Shown here piece after piece: positions 30,801 to 39,144 of a stretch of 64,000 bases of DNA. The stretch spans positions 1,584 through 65,583 of the forward strand of contig JAJXZE010000004.1 in NCBI GenBank assembly GCA_021780195.1, in the 5' to 3' direction. Numbering within the stretch: the stretch's first letter is position 1; each line of letters begins with the position of its first letter. The notes under the pieces were generated by a model. It was not told where the DNA came from. It was given only the letters and a program-made list of their open reading frames with translations, and made no database searches. The DNA comes from a bacterium. GTDB taxonomy: Bacteria > Patescibacteriota > Minisyncoccia > UBA6257 > 2-01-FULL-56-20. The translations under genes were made by a program, and so were the position numbers.

Positions 30801-31390
30801 GCGCCCGATCCGCCCGAGAGAGAAGAGATCAAAGATCCCGCGCCCGGGTTGTCGGAAGCGAGGCTGACCGCGAGGCCAGTCGCCGGAGCGACCACCGTCG
30901 TGCCGGTCTGTGCGCCACCCGTCGTGCTACCCGTCGAACCGGTCGAGCCGGTGGAACCGGTCGTCGAACCGACGCTCAACGAGTTAACGAATGCCATGGT
31001 CTTGGGACCAAAGTATCCGGCCGCAGGAGCGATACCGTTCGCCGCCTGGTACTTCGCGAGGGCCGCCTGGGTCATAGGACCGAAGTAGTCCGTCGCGGCT
31101 ACGATCTTAAGGTATCCCTTGCTGATCAGGAGGTTCTGAAGCGCCGTTACGTCCGCACCCTTCGAACCAACGGTGAGGGCCTTGGTGAAGGAGTAGGAAG
31201 ACGTGGAGCCGGTGCTGGCAGAGCTCGTCCCGAGCTGGGCCTGCAACTGCTGAATCTGCTGAAGCAAAGCCGCGATCTGAGCCTGGAGGCTCGCCGTGGT
31301 CTGTGCATTAGCGAGAGGGAGAGTAGCGATCCCTACACCCCACACTACGGTGGAGATAGTGAGCGCTACCGTTACTAATTTTTTACTCAT
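27854..31390 (-). CDS. Large surface/S-layer-like protein with peptidoglycan-binding domain
   Basis: Signal peptide, LQAQIAALLQQI coiled coil, PG_binding_1 motif (L.VGS.G.DV.ALQ.LL...YFGP.T.AAL.KYQ..NGI.P..GYFGP.T), repeated Thr/Ser-rich beta domains. Confidence 0.85.
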   Translation of the reverse strand: MSKKLVTVALTISTVVWGVGIATLPLANAQTTASLQAQIAALLQQIQQLQAQLGTSSASTGSTSSYSFTKALTVGSKGADVTALQNLLISKGYLKIVAATDYFGPMTQAALAKYQAANGIAPAAGYFGPKTMAFVNSLSVGSTTGSTGSTGSTGSTTGGAQTGTTVVAPATGLAVSLASDNPGAGSLISSLSGGSGAARVPVLSVNFTAGNAAGVTVSEVKFHKTGVLSDSSIAGAYLVQNGKVLYQYNSLNQGVIDFSGLSLNVPAGQTVELTLAIDVSGGLSAGNTAGFALNAATDVSAVDASNNTLTPTGTFPMNGGLFTVTNVQNPSLASLTITSSSVGNQVTAGTQNDLVAAWNISAVNSKVYLKSINFHVIGSANKGDIRNVKLMVNGTQIGQTLSTVGQDGTAYFDASANPGILNTGSNNVQVFADVMGSPSYNFQFEILNGYDVLAYDSQYNVPVTAGSNAGQLVSIQQGQSTITQDANTPTGNIAKGQSSITIAKFDVYAAGEAVKIKYLPFSLTFTGVNTLSGATSSALSSLIQNVSIVDDAGGQVGTTINQPPSANVIESGANTSVNLTSGGVMSTASVTYADSFGSSASPINYTIPANTTRVLSLRADIQSAANFTTVTGAILPGSNNLQGMISSAIGSTSGATGSALSLAASSLTVTASNALGNQNVAAGVSNLKIGSYAFTASSAEGVNINNVSIKMGGTSGASSFQNLKVVVNGAPFGSSQGTLTQGGIYAFSGSPFLVPKGGTVNVDVYADTLSSATSTASDISPATYLSGLSGTGATSFSAISLTTNAVPGQSLTFAGSSAVSIAADSSQPSATQLVMGSQGNTLAVYRLTETSNVENVKITDLTVTDTATSTASVTLPSFNNLSLYDSTGALLGTAGAATVVSTGTTSVYTYAFHFGTPILVPQANSTLITLKGDVASYSSQGATDNSTNVFSIATSTAAIALGNTSNKTATVSLSGVVAGNTQTVLRSAMTASAASTYQYSGSKAGSSQLGTVTLTANKAGSVQLKNLTLTFTGSGITASATTTSATSSYGSSVANYNSFLNSIVLKNSNQVDVATANGATATSTSGSNTITFTFSTSTAPLVISANQSVVLQLWGSTNAIPSLIVGNTAVNEAVSVSIQNATDLTYFDGTDSTAIAAGGVPLSVNAVPVTVANISVGQ

Positions 31391-31678
31391 TGTTAATTTA
31401 ATTTTTCGACAATTTTTAGGAGATATCGACCACTTGGCCGTCGACCTTTTATGTATTTGCTTTTTTAGGGACCGCCCTCTTCATCCTTTCCGCTCTCGCT
31501 ATGTGAGGTTGCGATGGCGGGAAGAAAGGAGAAAGCGGGATCGTTATCAATAAAAGAAAAAACTCGCTTTTCGGGCGAGGCTGATCGCGGGGAAACGGTA
31601 TGCCCAAAAGGCGCTCTCTCCGCACCGTTTCCGCATTCGGCTCAGCCTCACACTGAACCTTTCGGCTATCTTAGCATA
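31391..31678 (-). promoter_or_regulatory. Long structured 5' leader of the S-layer-like gene
   Basis: -10 TATGCT at 31673-31678; several complementary segments and an internal hairpin with U-tract. Confidence 0.5.
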
Positions 31679-31781
31679 CTTCGCCGCGGAGGAAAAGGGT
31701 TCACGGAGAACGCCCCGATCGGCCTATTTTCCCACCTCAGCTAAGCACTATTTATAACGCCGACTCCCCGGAAAAGGTTAC

Positions 31782-31865
31782 CCTGCGCCTGCGCCTATGC
31801 CTATGCCTGGGCCTATACCTTGGCCTGGGCCTACCACTATATGTGGGCCTGCGTCTGCGCCTGGC
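31782..31865. repeat. Degenerate hexamer tandem repeat (CCTnnn)
   Basis: cctgcg cctgcg cctatg cctatg cctggg cctata ccttgg cctggg cctacc, continuing in phase into the 3' end of the wHTH gene. Confidence 0.75.
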
Positions 31866-32526
31866 GGAGCCGGTAGAAGACCGACGGGCCCCCTATCCCT
31901 ACCCTCTCCACCATATTCTGTTCCATGAGCGACTGGAGGTCATATCTGATTGTCCTTTCACTGCAATCCGGCAAAAGTTCCTGAATGTCCTTAATCCGGC
32001 AATTGCCGGATTGCCGGATTCGGTCGATAATCGCCGCTTGCCGGTTGCCGGATTTAACCACGGTGTGGTCGTTTGCCGGATTGCCGGATTCATTGCCGGT
32101 TGCCGGATTCGCCACGAATGATGCGGCAAGATCCCTCCTGCCGCCTGCCGGAATCACACTTTCAGGAAAGAGCGCCTCGCCGTGTGCAAAGATGTCGTCG
32201 AGTGCCACCTCTTCCGGAGTTGCCGCTTTTTCCGATCCGGCAATTCCGGCATTCATCGCCTGGAGCTCCCCGAGGACCGTTTCGGCGTTCGTTTCGTGGA
32301 GGAGGCCCACGTCGCTCCCGAACTTCACGAGATATTCTATGGCGCGGGACACCGTGCTCACCCAGGCGTAATTTTCAACCGCCGCGGCATCAAGGAGGGC
32401 GAGCGCCTGGCGTTCAAGGTGTTCTTTGAGGGCCACATTCGAGATCCGCGCGCCCACACGGAAGACGGCATAGCTGATCTCATACGCCTTCTTGAGGACG
32501 AACTGCCTTTTGCCGGTTTCCTGCAT
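31837..32526 (-). CDS. DeoR-like winged-HTH DNA-binding protein
   Basis: C-terminal RQ.AIID.I...GNC.IKDI...LPD.SERTIRYDL..L.....VER.G; N-terminal helical bundle; start from TATACT-N7-ATG. Confidence 0.8.
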   Translation of the reverse strand: MQETGKRQFVLKKAYEISYAVFRVGARISNVALKEHLERQALALLDAAAVENYAWVSTVSRAIEYLVKFGSDVGLLHETNAETVLGELQAMNAGIAGSEKAATPEEVALDDIFAHGEALFPESVIPAGGRRDLAASFVANPATGNESGNPANDHTVVKSGNRQAAIIDRIRQSGNCRIKDIQELLPDCSERTIRYDLQSLMEQNMVERVGIGGPSVFYRLRQAQTQAHI

Positions 32527-32556
32527 TAGCCGGAGTATAATCCGGCAATCCGGCAA
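31966..32556. repeat. Cluster of TTGCCGG(A)/(T)CCGGCAA repeats in promoter and body of the wHTH gene
   Basis: 14 exact TTGCCGG/CCGGCAA copies counted in about 590 bp, often as tandem pairs. Confidence 0.9.
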
Positions 32557-32725
32557 AGGTCAAGCCGTTTGCCGCTTTTGAATAATTTAACACCTCTATG
32601 CCAATAAGCTTTCCGTCTGCATCATAATCCGCAATAAAATTCCCTTCGGCGACGGTTTTCTTTATGGCCCCGGTTGCGACCGTGAGGTAGAGAACGTCGG
32701 CGGCCGAATCTATGGATATTTTCAT
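32480..32725 (-). CDS. DUF2283-like small protein
   Basis: MKISID..ADVLYL, ADYD.DG.LIGIEVL. Confidence 0.75.
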   Translation of the reverse strand: MKISIDSAADVLYLTVATGAIKKTVAEGNFIADYDADGKLIGIEVLNYSKAANGLTFAGLPDYTPANAGNRQKAVRPQEGV

Positions 32726-32726
32726 A

Positions 32727-33563
32727 TTAAATCTTTCTTAAAATTTTCTCCGCTTCCTGCAGTTTTTCGAGCGTGCCGCAATCAAAGTGCCTTCCTGGAA
32801 ACTCCCATCCGTAAAGCTTTTTGCCGAGGAGAAGTTCCACCTGGAGCGCTACCGCGAGCGGGAGGGCGTCCTGCGCGATCACGGGGAGCGTATCCACGAT
32901 GGCCGAGAGCGTGCGGAGTACGCCGGCCGTGAGTACGTAGCCGCCGATGATCGCGAGATTCGACGGCGCATCCTTGATCCCTGGTTTTTCCACGATCTTC
33001 ACGATGCGCCGGAGCGCGCCGGACGCGCAGGAAGTGCTGGTCGCCGCCGCGCCGCGAGAAGCCGCGCCGCTCCCCTTTCCGATCCCCACGATACCGAAGC
33101 GCGAAACCGCGCTTTTCGGCACGCGCTCGAGGAGGATCACGGGCGCCTGCGCGCGGTCGAACGCTCCGATGAGTCCGCGGAGGACCGGCGGCTCGCCGAT
33201 CAGCACGTCGTCGCAGAAGCGGACGGCGAACGGCTCGTTGCCGATGAGGTCGGCGGCCTGGACGATGGCGTGGCCGTTGCCGCCGGGCATCTCCTGGGTC
33301 CGCATCGCAAAAGAAAGCGCGGGGAATTTCTTCTCCGCGCGCTTCTTTATATATGAGGCAAACGCCCGCCGGTGCCGCGGGTTCACGATGAGGATCGCCT
33401 CCCTGATGCCGCTCAGGGCGGCTTCCTCCAGTACGTATTCAATGAGGGGCTTCCCGTTGACCCGCACGAGGTTCTTCGGCGTGCGGGCCGTGAGCGGCAT
33501 GAGGCGCGTGCCGAGGCCCGCCACGGGAAGGACAAGCTTGGTCACTTTCTTCGTGGAAGTCAT
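32727..33563 (-). CDS. galU: Sugar-phosphate nucleotidyltransferase (UTP-glucose-1-phosphate uridylyltransferase-like)
   Basis: LVLPVAGLGTRLMPLT..TPK, KPLIEY..EEA..SGI, GNGHAI, VEKP....APSNLAIIGGY, FDCG. Confidence 0.78.
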   Translation of the reverse strand: MTSTKKVTKLVLPVAGLGTRLMPLTARTPKNLVRVNGKPLIEYVLEEAALSGIREAILIVNPRHRRAFASYIKKRAEKKFPALSFAMRTQEMPGGNGHAIVQAADLIGNEPFAVRFCDDVLIGEPPVLRGLIGAFDRAQAPVILLERVPKSAVSRFGIVGIGKGSGAASRGAAATSTSCASGALRRIVKIVEKPGIKDAPSNLAIIGGYVLTAGVLRTLSAIVDTLPVIAQDALPLAVALQVELLLGKKLYGWEFPGRHFDCGTLEKLQEAEKILRKI

Positions 33564-33626
33564 ATGTCCTCCTTATGATACCTCAATTTAATGATTTTTT
33601 AATCTCCCTTGTGCTATGCTCGCGGT

Positions 33627-34223
33627 ATGGAATATATCATACGTCTTGCGATAGATTACTTCCCACCGATATCCTGGTATACGACGGCGGCCGCGGCGCT
33701 TGTCCTCGCCACGGTAAAAATACATTCTTTCTATATCAAAACCACGGCCCATCATGCCGAAGTTCCTTCCATAAAAGATCTCCTCGAGCACATCGACAAG
33801 GGCCTGGCTACTCTTAACAACGTTCTTCTCGAAAAAAATATCATCAGTCATTCATGCTATTCAGGGAATCGAAGCCCCCGCACGATCAATGCCCTGGGTA
33901 CGCAGCTCATGAAGGAAAGCGGCGCAGAGATCATCTTCCACGCCCAGAAAGAACGCCTTGCCGCGGAGCTCGCGGCGAAGCACGCCGCCTCTCTCCTCCA
34001 GCTCGAAAGGGAAGCCCTCAACGTGATGATCGCGCATCGTGATGACCCCGCGTTTCTGCCACTCCAGGACTTCGTCTATCGGCATCCGATGTTCGACGGA
34101 ACGCCGCTCACGTATACCGACCTTCTTTTCGTGATGGCACTTATCCTGCGGGACTATTGTTCGACACCGGATTCGGCGCCGGAGTATCCCGCTACATCCC
34201 CCAGCGGGCGGACGCAAGCGTGA
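33627..34223 (+). CDS. Membrane-anchored hypothetical protein (paralog of 27155-27652)
   Basis: N-terminal TM, SPRTINALG..LMKESG motif; TATGCT-N6-ATG. Confidence 0.65.
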   Translation: MEYIIRLAIDYFPPISWYTTAAAALVLATVKIHSFYIKTTAHHAEVPSIKDLLEHIDKGLATLNNVLLEKNIISHSCYSGNRSPRTINALGTQLMKESGAEIIFHAQKERLAAELAAKHAASLLQLEREALNVMIAHRDDPAFLPLQDFVYRHPMFDGTPLTYTDLLFVMALILRDYCSTPDSAPEYPATSPSGRTQA

Positions 34224-34929
34224 TCACGAGGAGCGCAAAGACCGCCGTCGCGGCGGTCAGAAGCTTTTCGCGCGCCACGCCGCCCATGAGATGCGCGGGC
34301 ACGAGCTCTATAATGAGCGTCGACGCAAGAAACGCGACCACGGTTTGATAGACGAAATCGAGCGGCAGGAAAAGCGCCGCGATCATGACCTGCCAGAAAA
34401 GAAGGAAGGAGAGCCATACCGACGCCCGCGCCACGGCGCGCGCGCCCGCATCCGGTACGGCGATGTCCTCGTCAAAATAGCGGAGATAGCTCCGGAGAAG
34501 AAGGGCGAGCGTTCCCGCCGCGGGAATCACCCACCACATCACGGCGCCCGTGAAGGGGCCGCCATTCCACGCCGTATAAAATTCGCGGAGCAGGAGGAAG
34601 GAGAGCATGAGCACCAGGAACTCGTACGCCGACCGCCGATCGATCACGATAAGGGCGCGGATAAGAAGGATGAGATAGAAGATCGCGCCGAAGATGACCG
34701 CCGCGAGCGCGCCCTGCGCCTCGAAGAACGATACGGCGAGCAGGACGAAAAATGGCACGGCGAGACGCCGTGTCTGCCCGCCCTGGAAGGCCGGGACGGC
34801 ATAGAGCCAGAGCGCGATAAGGAAAAAGAGCCAGTAGGGCAGGACGAGCCACGCGCCCGCGAAGACGGCCGCCCTAAGGGCTAAAGACCAGTGAATCCGC
34901 TTTGAAATTGACCTTAACTTTTCCTCCAT
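34192..34929 (-). CDS. Polytopic membrane protein
   Basis: About 7-8 hydrophobic helices; 5' end overlaps clpB 3' end. Confidence 0.7.
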   Translation of the reverse strand: MEEKLRSISKRIHWSLALRAAVFAGAWLVLPYWLFFLIALWLYAVPAFQGGQTRRLAVPFFVLLAVSFFEAQGALAAVIFGAIFYLILLIRALIVIDRRSAYEFLVLMLSFLLLREFYTAWNGGPFTGAVMWWVIPAAGTLALLLRSYLRYFDEDIAVPDAGARAVARASVWLSFLLFWQVMIAALFLPLDFVYQTVVAFLASTLIIELVPAHLMGGVAREKLLTAATAVFALLVITLASARWGM

Positions 34930-37567
34930 CTTTGAATTCGCCGCGGATGATCTTGTCCGCCAGCCTATCAAGAATAACCTTCTGGATGAGACGCTTCAAG
35001 GGCCGCGCCCCGAACTCCGCGTTGAATCCCTCTTTCGCGAGGTATTCGCGCGCCGCGGGATCGATCGCGAGCGTGATGCCGCGGCCTTCGAGCTTCTTCT
35101 CGATCAACCCGATCTGGAGATCGACGATCTTTTCAATGTCCTTCCTGCGGAGCGGGTTGAAAATCACGATGTCGTCGATGCGGTTTAGGAACTCAGGGCG
35201 GAAGCTCGTCTTGAGGGCCTCCATCACTTTGTCGCGGTAATCCCCTTCCTCTCCGCCGGCGGCGCCCGCGCCTTCCGCGCTGAAGCCGATGCGGGACATG
35301 GCCTTCAGGTACTGACTCCCGACGTTCGAGGTCATGATGATGATCGTGTTCTTGAAATTCACCGTCTTTCCTTTGCTGTCCGTGAGGCGGCCGTTGTCGA
35401 GCACCTGGAGGAGGAGGTTGAAGACCTCGGGGTGCGCCTTTTCTATCTCGTCAAAAAGGATCAAACTGTACGGCCGGTGGCGGACAGTCTCCGTGAGCTG
35501 GCCGCCCTCCTCGTGACCCACGTAGCCCGGAGGGGAGCCGATGAGACGCGCCGTCGCGTGGCGCTCCATGTATTCGGACATGTCGACGCGCACGAGCGCC
35601 TTGTCGTCGTTGAACATGAACTCGGCGAGCGCCTTCGCAAGCTCCGTTTTTCCGACGCCCGTGGGGCCGAGGAACATGAATGAGCCGATGGGACGGTTCT
35701 CGTCCGCAAGCCCGGCGCGCGAGCGCCGCAGGGCCGATGCTACCGCCGTGATCGCCTCCTCCTGGCCAACCACGCGGCCGCCCAGAACCTCTTCTATCTT
35801 CACGAGCTTCTCGGCATCCGATTCGAGCATGCGCTTCAGGGGGATTCCGGTCCAGACCGAAACCACGGCCGCGACGTCTTCCTTGTCCACCGCCTCCTTG
35901 AGGAAACGGTCGTCCGCATCGCTCCCGCTGTCCGCGCTCCCGGTTCCCGCGCCCGCGACGCTCGCGCCCGCCTTCCCACGCCGTGCCTTCGCCGCGCCGA
36001 AGTTCTTCTTCTCGAACATCTGGAAGTCCTTCTCCGCCTGCGGCAGTTCGCCGTACGTGATCTTTGCCACGCGTTCGAGATTTCCCTCGCGTTCCGCCAC
36101 CTCGGCCTCACGCTTCAGGTTCTCCACTTTCTGCCGGAGCTGGTGCAGGGTCTCAAACTTGATCTTCTCCGCATGCCATTTCCCGGAAAGCTCGTCGTTT
36201 TCCTCCTTGAGCTTCACGAGTTCCTTATCGATCTCCTTCATGCGATCCTTGGCCTTGCCCTCCTTCGCGAGCGCCTGCTTCTCCACCTCGCGCCGCGTGA
36301 TCTCGCGCCGGAGGGTGTCGATCTCCTTCGGCAAACTCTCCGATTCCAGGCGGCGGGCGGCGGCGGCTTCGTCGATCAGATCCACCGCTTTGTCCGGCAG
36401 GAAGCGGTCGGTGATGTAGCGCGCGGAAAGATTCACCGCTTCGACGATCGCGTCGTCCGAGATCCGCATCCCGTGGTGAATTTCGTATTTCTCCTTGAGA
36501 CCGCGGAGGATCGCGATTGAATCCTCGATCGAGGGCTCCTCGACCATGATGGGCGCAAAGCGGCGCTCGAGGGCGGCGTCCTTCTCGATGTATTTCTGGT
36601 ATTCGCGGATGGTCGTCGCACCGATCGCGTGCAGTTCGCCGCGCGCAAGAGCCGGCTTCAGGAGGTTCGAAGCGTCGATCGCTCCCTCGGCCGCACCCGC
36701 GCCTACGATCGTATGGATCTCGTCGATGAAAAGAATGATCTGGCCCTGCGCGTTCTTTACCTCCCGCATGAACGCCTTCAGGCGATCCTCGAATTCGCCG
36801 CGGAACTTGGTGCCGGCGATGAGGGAGCCGAGGTCGAGCATCAGTACCTGCCGTCCCTTCAGGGGCTCGGGAACGTCGCCCGACGCGATGCGCTGAGCAA
36901 GGCCCTCCACGATGGCGGTCTTCCCGACGCCCGGCTCGCCGATGAGACAGGGATTGTTCTTGGTGCGGCGCGAAAGGACCTGCATGAGGCGCCGCAGTTC
37001 GTCCTCGCGTCCGATCACGGGATCGAGCTCCCCCGCCTTCGCCTTATCGCTCAGGTTGATGGAGTATTTCTCGAGCACCTGAAACTTGCTCTCCGGCGTC
37101 TCGTCCGTCACGCGCATCGTGCCGCGAAGCTGGGCGAGGATCCGGACGACTGCGTCGCGCTTCACGCCGAATTTCTCGAGCACCGTCCGCGCCGCCCCCT
37201 GGATTTCGAGGAGGGCGAGCAGGAGATGCTCGCACGAAACGAACTCATCCTTCTGCTGGGCCGCGATCTTCGCCGCCTGGTCGAGCACCTTCATGAGCTC
37301 GGTCGAAAGATAGAGCTGACCGACGTTCGAGTTCGAGGCGAGGATGGGCGGGATGCGGTCGAGTTCGAAGTCGATCTGCTCGTCCATCTTGTCGAGGTTC
37401 ACGCCGGAACGCTCGAGGACGGGGATCACGAGCGACTGCTCGTCCTCCATAAGCGCGGCGAGAAGGTGGAGCCCCTTCAGCTCGCCGTGGTTCTTCCGCG
37501 CGGCGATCTCCTGGGCATTCTGCAGGGCCTCCTGGGCTTTGATGGTGAATCGGTGAAAGTTCGGCAT
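34874..37567 (-). CDS. clpB: ATP-dependent chaperone ClpB
   Basis: Clp N domain, [22 protein letters not shown]-domain coiled coil, [37 protein letters not shown]. Confidence 0.93.
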   Translation of the reverse strand: MPNFHRFTIKAQEALQNAQEIAARKNHGELKGLHLLAALMEDEQSLVIPVLERSGVNLDKMDEQIDFELDRIPPILASNSNVGQLYLSTELMKVLDQAAKIAAQQKDEFVSCEHLLLALLEIQGAARTVLEKFGVKRDAVVRILAQLRGTMRVTDETPESKFQVLEKYSINLSDKAKAGELDPVIGREDELRRLMQVLSRRTKNNPCLIGEPGVGKTAIVEGLAQRIASGDVPEPLKGRQVLMLDLGSLIAGTKFRGEFEDRLKAFMREVKNAQGQIILFIDEIHTIVGAGAAEGAIDASNLLKPALARGELHAIGATTIREYQKYIEKDAALERRFAPIMVEEPSIEDSIAILRGLKEKYEIHHGMRISDDAIVEAVNLSARYITDRFLPDKAVDLIDEAAAARRLESESLPKEIDTLRREITRREVEKQALAKEGKAKDRMKEIDKELVKLKEENDELSGKWHAEKIKFETLHQLRQKVENLKREAEVAEREGNLERVAKITYGELPQAEKDFQMFEKKNFGAAKARRGKAGASVAGAGTGSADSGSDADDRFLKEAVDKEDVAAVVSVWTGIPLKRMLESDAEKLVKIEEVLGGRVVGQEEAITAVASALRRSRAGLADENRPIGSFMFLGPTGVGKTELAKALAEFMFNDDKALVRVDMSEYMERHATARLIGSPPGYVGHEEGGQLTETVRHRPYSLILFDEIEKAHPEVFNLLLQVLDNGRLTDSKGKTVNFKNTIIIMTSNVGSQYLKAMSRIGFSAEGAGAAGGEEGDYRDKVMEALKTSFRPEFLNRIDDIVIFNPLRRKDIEKIVDLQIGLIEKKLEGRGITLAIDPAAREYLAKEGFNAEFGARPLKRLIQKVILDRLADKIIRGEFKDGGKVKVNFKADSLVFSP

Positions 37568-37600
37568 GTGGTTATCTCTTTATTATACCCGTTTCAGGGT

Positions 37601-37649
37601 ATTTTAGTTTCACCGGCCGCGATTGTCAATCTCAATGGGAGATTGCCAA
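37601..37649 (-). promoter_or_regulatory. clpB promoter overlapped by CIRCE-like inverted repeat
   Basis: TTGACA-N17-TAAAAT on minus; TTGGCAATC-N9-GATTGACAA at 37623-37649. Confidence 0.65.
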
Positions 37650-37772
37650 TGGCAATGAATCATTAAATAATCATTTCTCGCGCATGTCCACACACGGCCG
37701 CCTTTCGAGCAACGAAGCGGGTGCAAATCCCGCCGGGTCCGCGGTGCCGCGGCCGCACCGGCTATACATTCC

Positions 37773-39056
37773 TTACGTCCCCGCCGGGCGCTTTCCGAGC
37801 GCCACTTGGAGCGTGATGATCTTCCCGCCGCGGTTCACGGTGAGCGCCACCCTATCCCCCACGTTGTGCTCCGCGATCACGTCTCCCAGAAGATGGTTCT
37901 CATCGATCACCTGCCCGTCCACCTGCGTGATGATGTCCTCCGCCTGGATGCCGGCCTGCGCCGCGGGCGAGTTCGGCTCCACCGCGGGGCCGGCGGCAGA
38001 ACCGCGCACGAGCGCGCCTTCGGTTACGGGAAGATTCTGCGCTTTCGCGATGCTCGGCGTCAATTCGAGATACCGCACGCCGAGATACGGCGTCTCGATC
38101 GAGCCCGACGATTCCACGGAGGCGATGTCATGCTTCGCGCGATTGATGGGAATCGCGAAGCCGATATTCTGCGCTCCCGACGCGACCGCGGTGTCGATGC
38201 CGACCACCTCGCCCCTCAGATTAAGGAGCGGCCCGCCGGAATTCCCGGGATTGATCGCGGCGTCCGTCTGGATGACGCCCTGGATCGTTTCCTGATTCTG
38301 GCCGCCGCCGACCGGACCCTGGGCCGTCACGGTGCGCGAGAGGCCGGAGATGACGCCCACCGAAACCGTATTGCTGAACTGGCCGAGCGCGTTCCCGATC
38401 GCGATCGCGGTCTGCCCGAGCTCAAGGCTGTCCGAATCGCCGAGGGTGACCGTCGGGAGGCCCACCGCATCGATCTTCACGACCGCGAGGTCCTGGTTCG
38501 GATCGCGCGCGAGGACCTTCGCGGGATATTTCGTGCCGTCGTTCGTGATCACGGTGTACGAGGCATTCGTATCGGAGACCACGTGCTTGTTCGTAAGGAT
38601 GAGGCCGTCAGGAGAAACGATGAATCCGCTCCCGCCACCCACCTGCTGGAGCTGGGTCTTCCCCGTATCGCACGGCTGGGTGAAAGTCGCCCCGCCGGTC
38701 CCGCCGAAGAACTGCTGGAACTCCGGAGGAAGATTGCCGAACGGGTTGTACGGGCACTGCTCGACGACGGGCACGTTCTTCGAAATGACGATCGAGACCA
38801 CGGCGGGCGTCGCCTTCTTCACGCTGTCCACCACGGCCTGTTCGTAGCTCACGACCGGCTGGTACAACGGGGTCGTGGACGAGACGGAAGAGGCGGCGGG
38901 CTTATTCGACACGCTGAACGGCGCGACGAGGTTATTGAGAAAATCGGTGAAGGCGTTGGCGTGTGCCGTGGGTGCCTCGACCCCCGCGCCGAGGAAAAGC
39001 CCCACGAGGAGCGCCGCGCCGATGACTGCCAGGGTTTTCTTTCGTTCCGAATCCAT
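37773..39056 (-). CDS. htrA: HtrA/DegP family serine protease with PDZ domain
   Basis: GSGFIV, LTNKHVV, DLAVVKI, IQTDAAINPGNSGGPL, C-terminal PDZ. Confidence 0.93.
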   Translation of the reverse strand: MDSERKKTLAVIGAALLVGLFLGAGVEAPTAHANAFTDFLNNLVAPFSVSNKPAASSVSSTTPLYQPVVSYEQAVVDSVKKATPAVVSIVISKNVPVVEQCPYNPFGNLPPEFQQFFGGTGGATFTQPCDTGKTQLQQVGGGSGFIVSPDGLILTNKHVVSDTNASYTVITNDGTKYPAKVLARDPNQDLAVVKIDAVGLPTVTLGDSDSLELGQTAIAIGNALGQFSNTVSVGVISGLSRTVTAQGPVGGGQNQETIQGVIQTDAAINPGNSGGPLLNLRGEVVGIDTAVASGAQNIGFAIPINRAKHDIASVESSGSIETPYLGVRYLELTPSIAKAQNLPVTEGALVRGSAAGPAVEPNSPAAQAGIQAEDIITQVDGQVIDENHLLGDVIAEHNVGDRVALTVNRGGKIITLQVALGKRPAGT

Positions 39057-39144
39057 GCGCGTATGATGGCGTTAACCGTTTTGCCTATGTATTACAACGC
39101 CCCGCGAAAAATATTTCATCGTCGCGCCGTGCCGCGCGCCGCCT

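Noticed and set aside
27854..31390. S-layer-like gene as a foreign island because of lower GC
   Set aside because: Thr/Ser/Asn-rich composition and high-expression codon use explain the shift; no mobility signals
31783..31839. Amber recoding (TAG read as Gln) suggested by CAG/TAG alternation
   Set aside because: TAG terminates several conserved genes here at expected lengths (gatC, recA, gyrA, pnp); standard code 11 fits
31966..32556. TTGCCGGA cluster as a CRISPR array
   Set aside because: Units are 7-8 nt, irregularly spaced, in both orientations and inside a CDS; no spacers or cas genes
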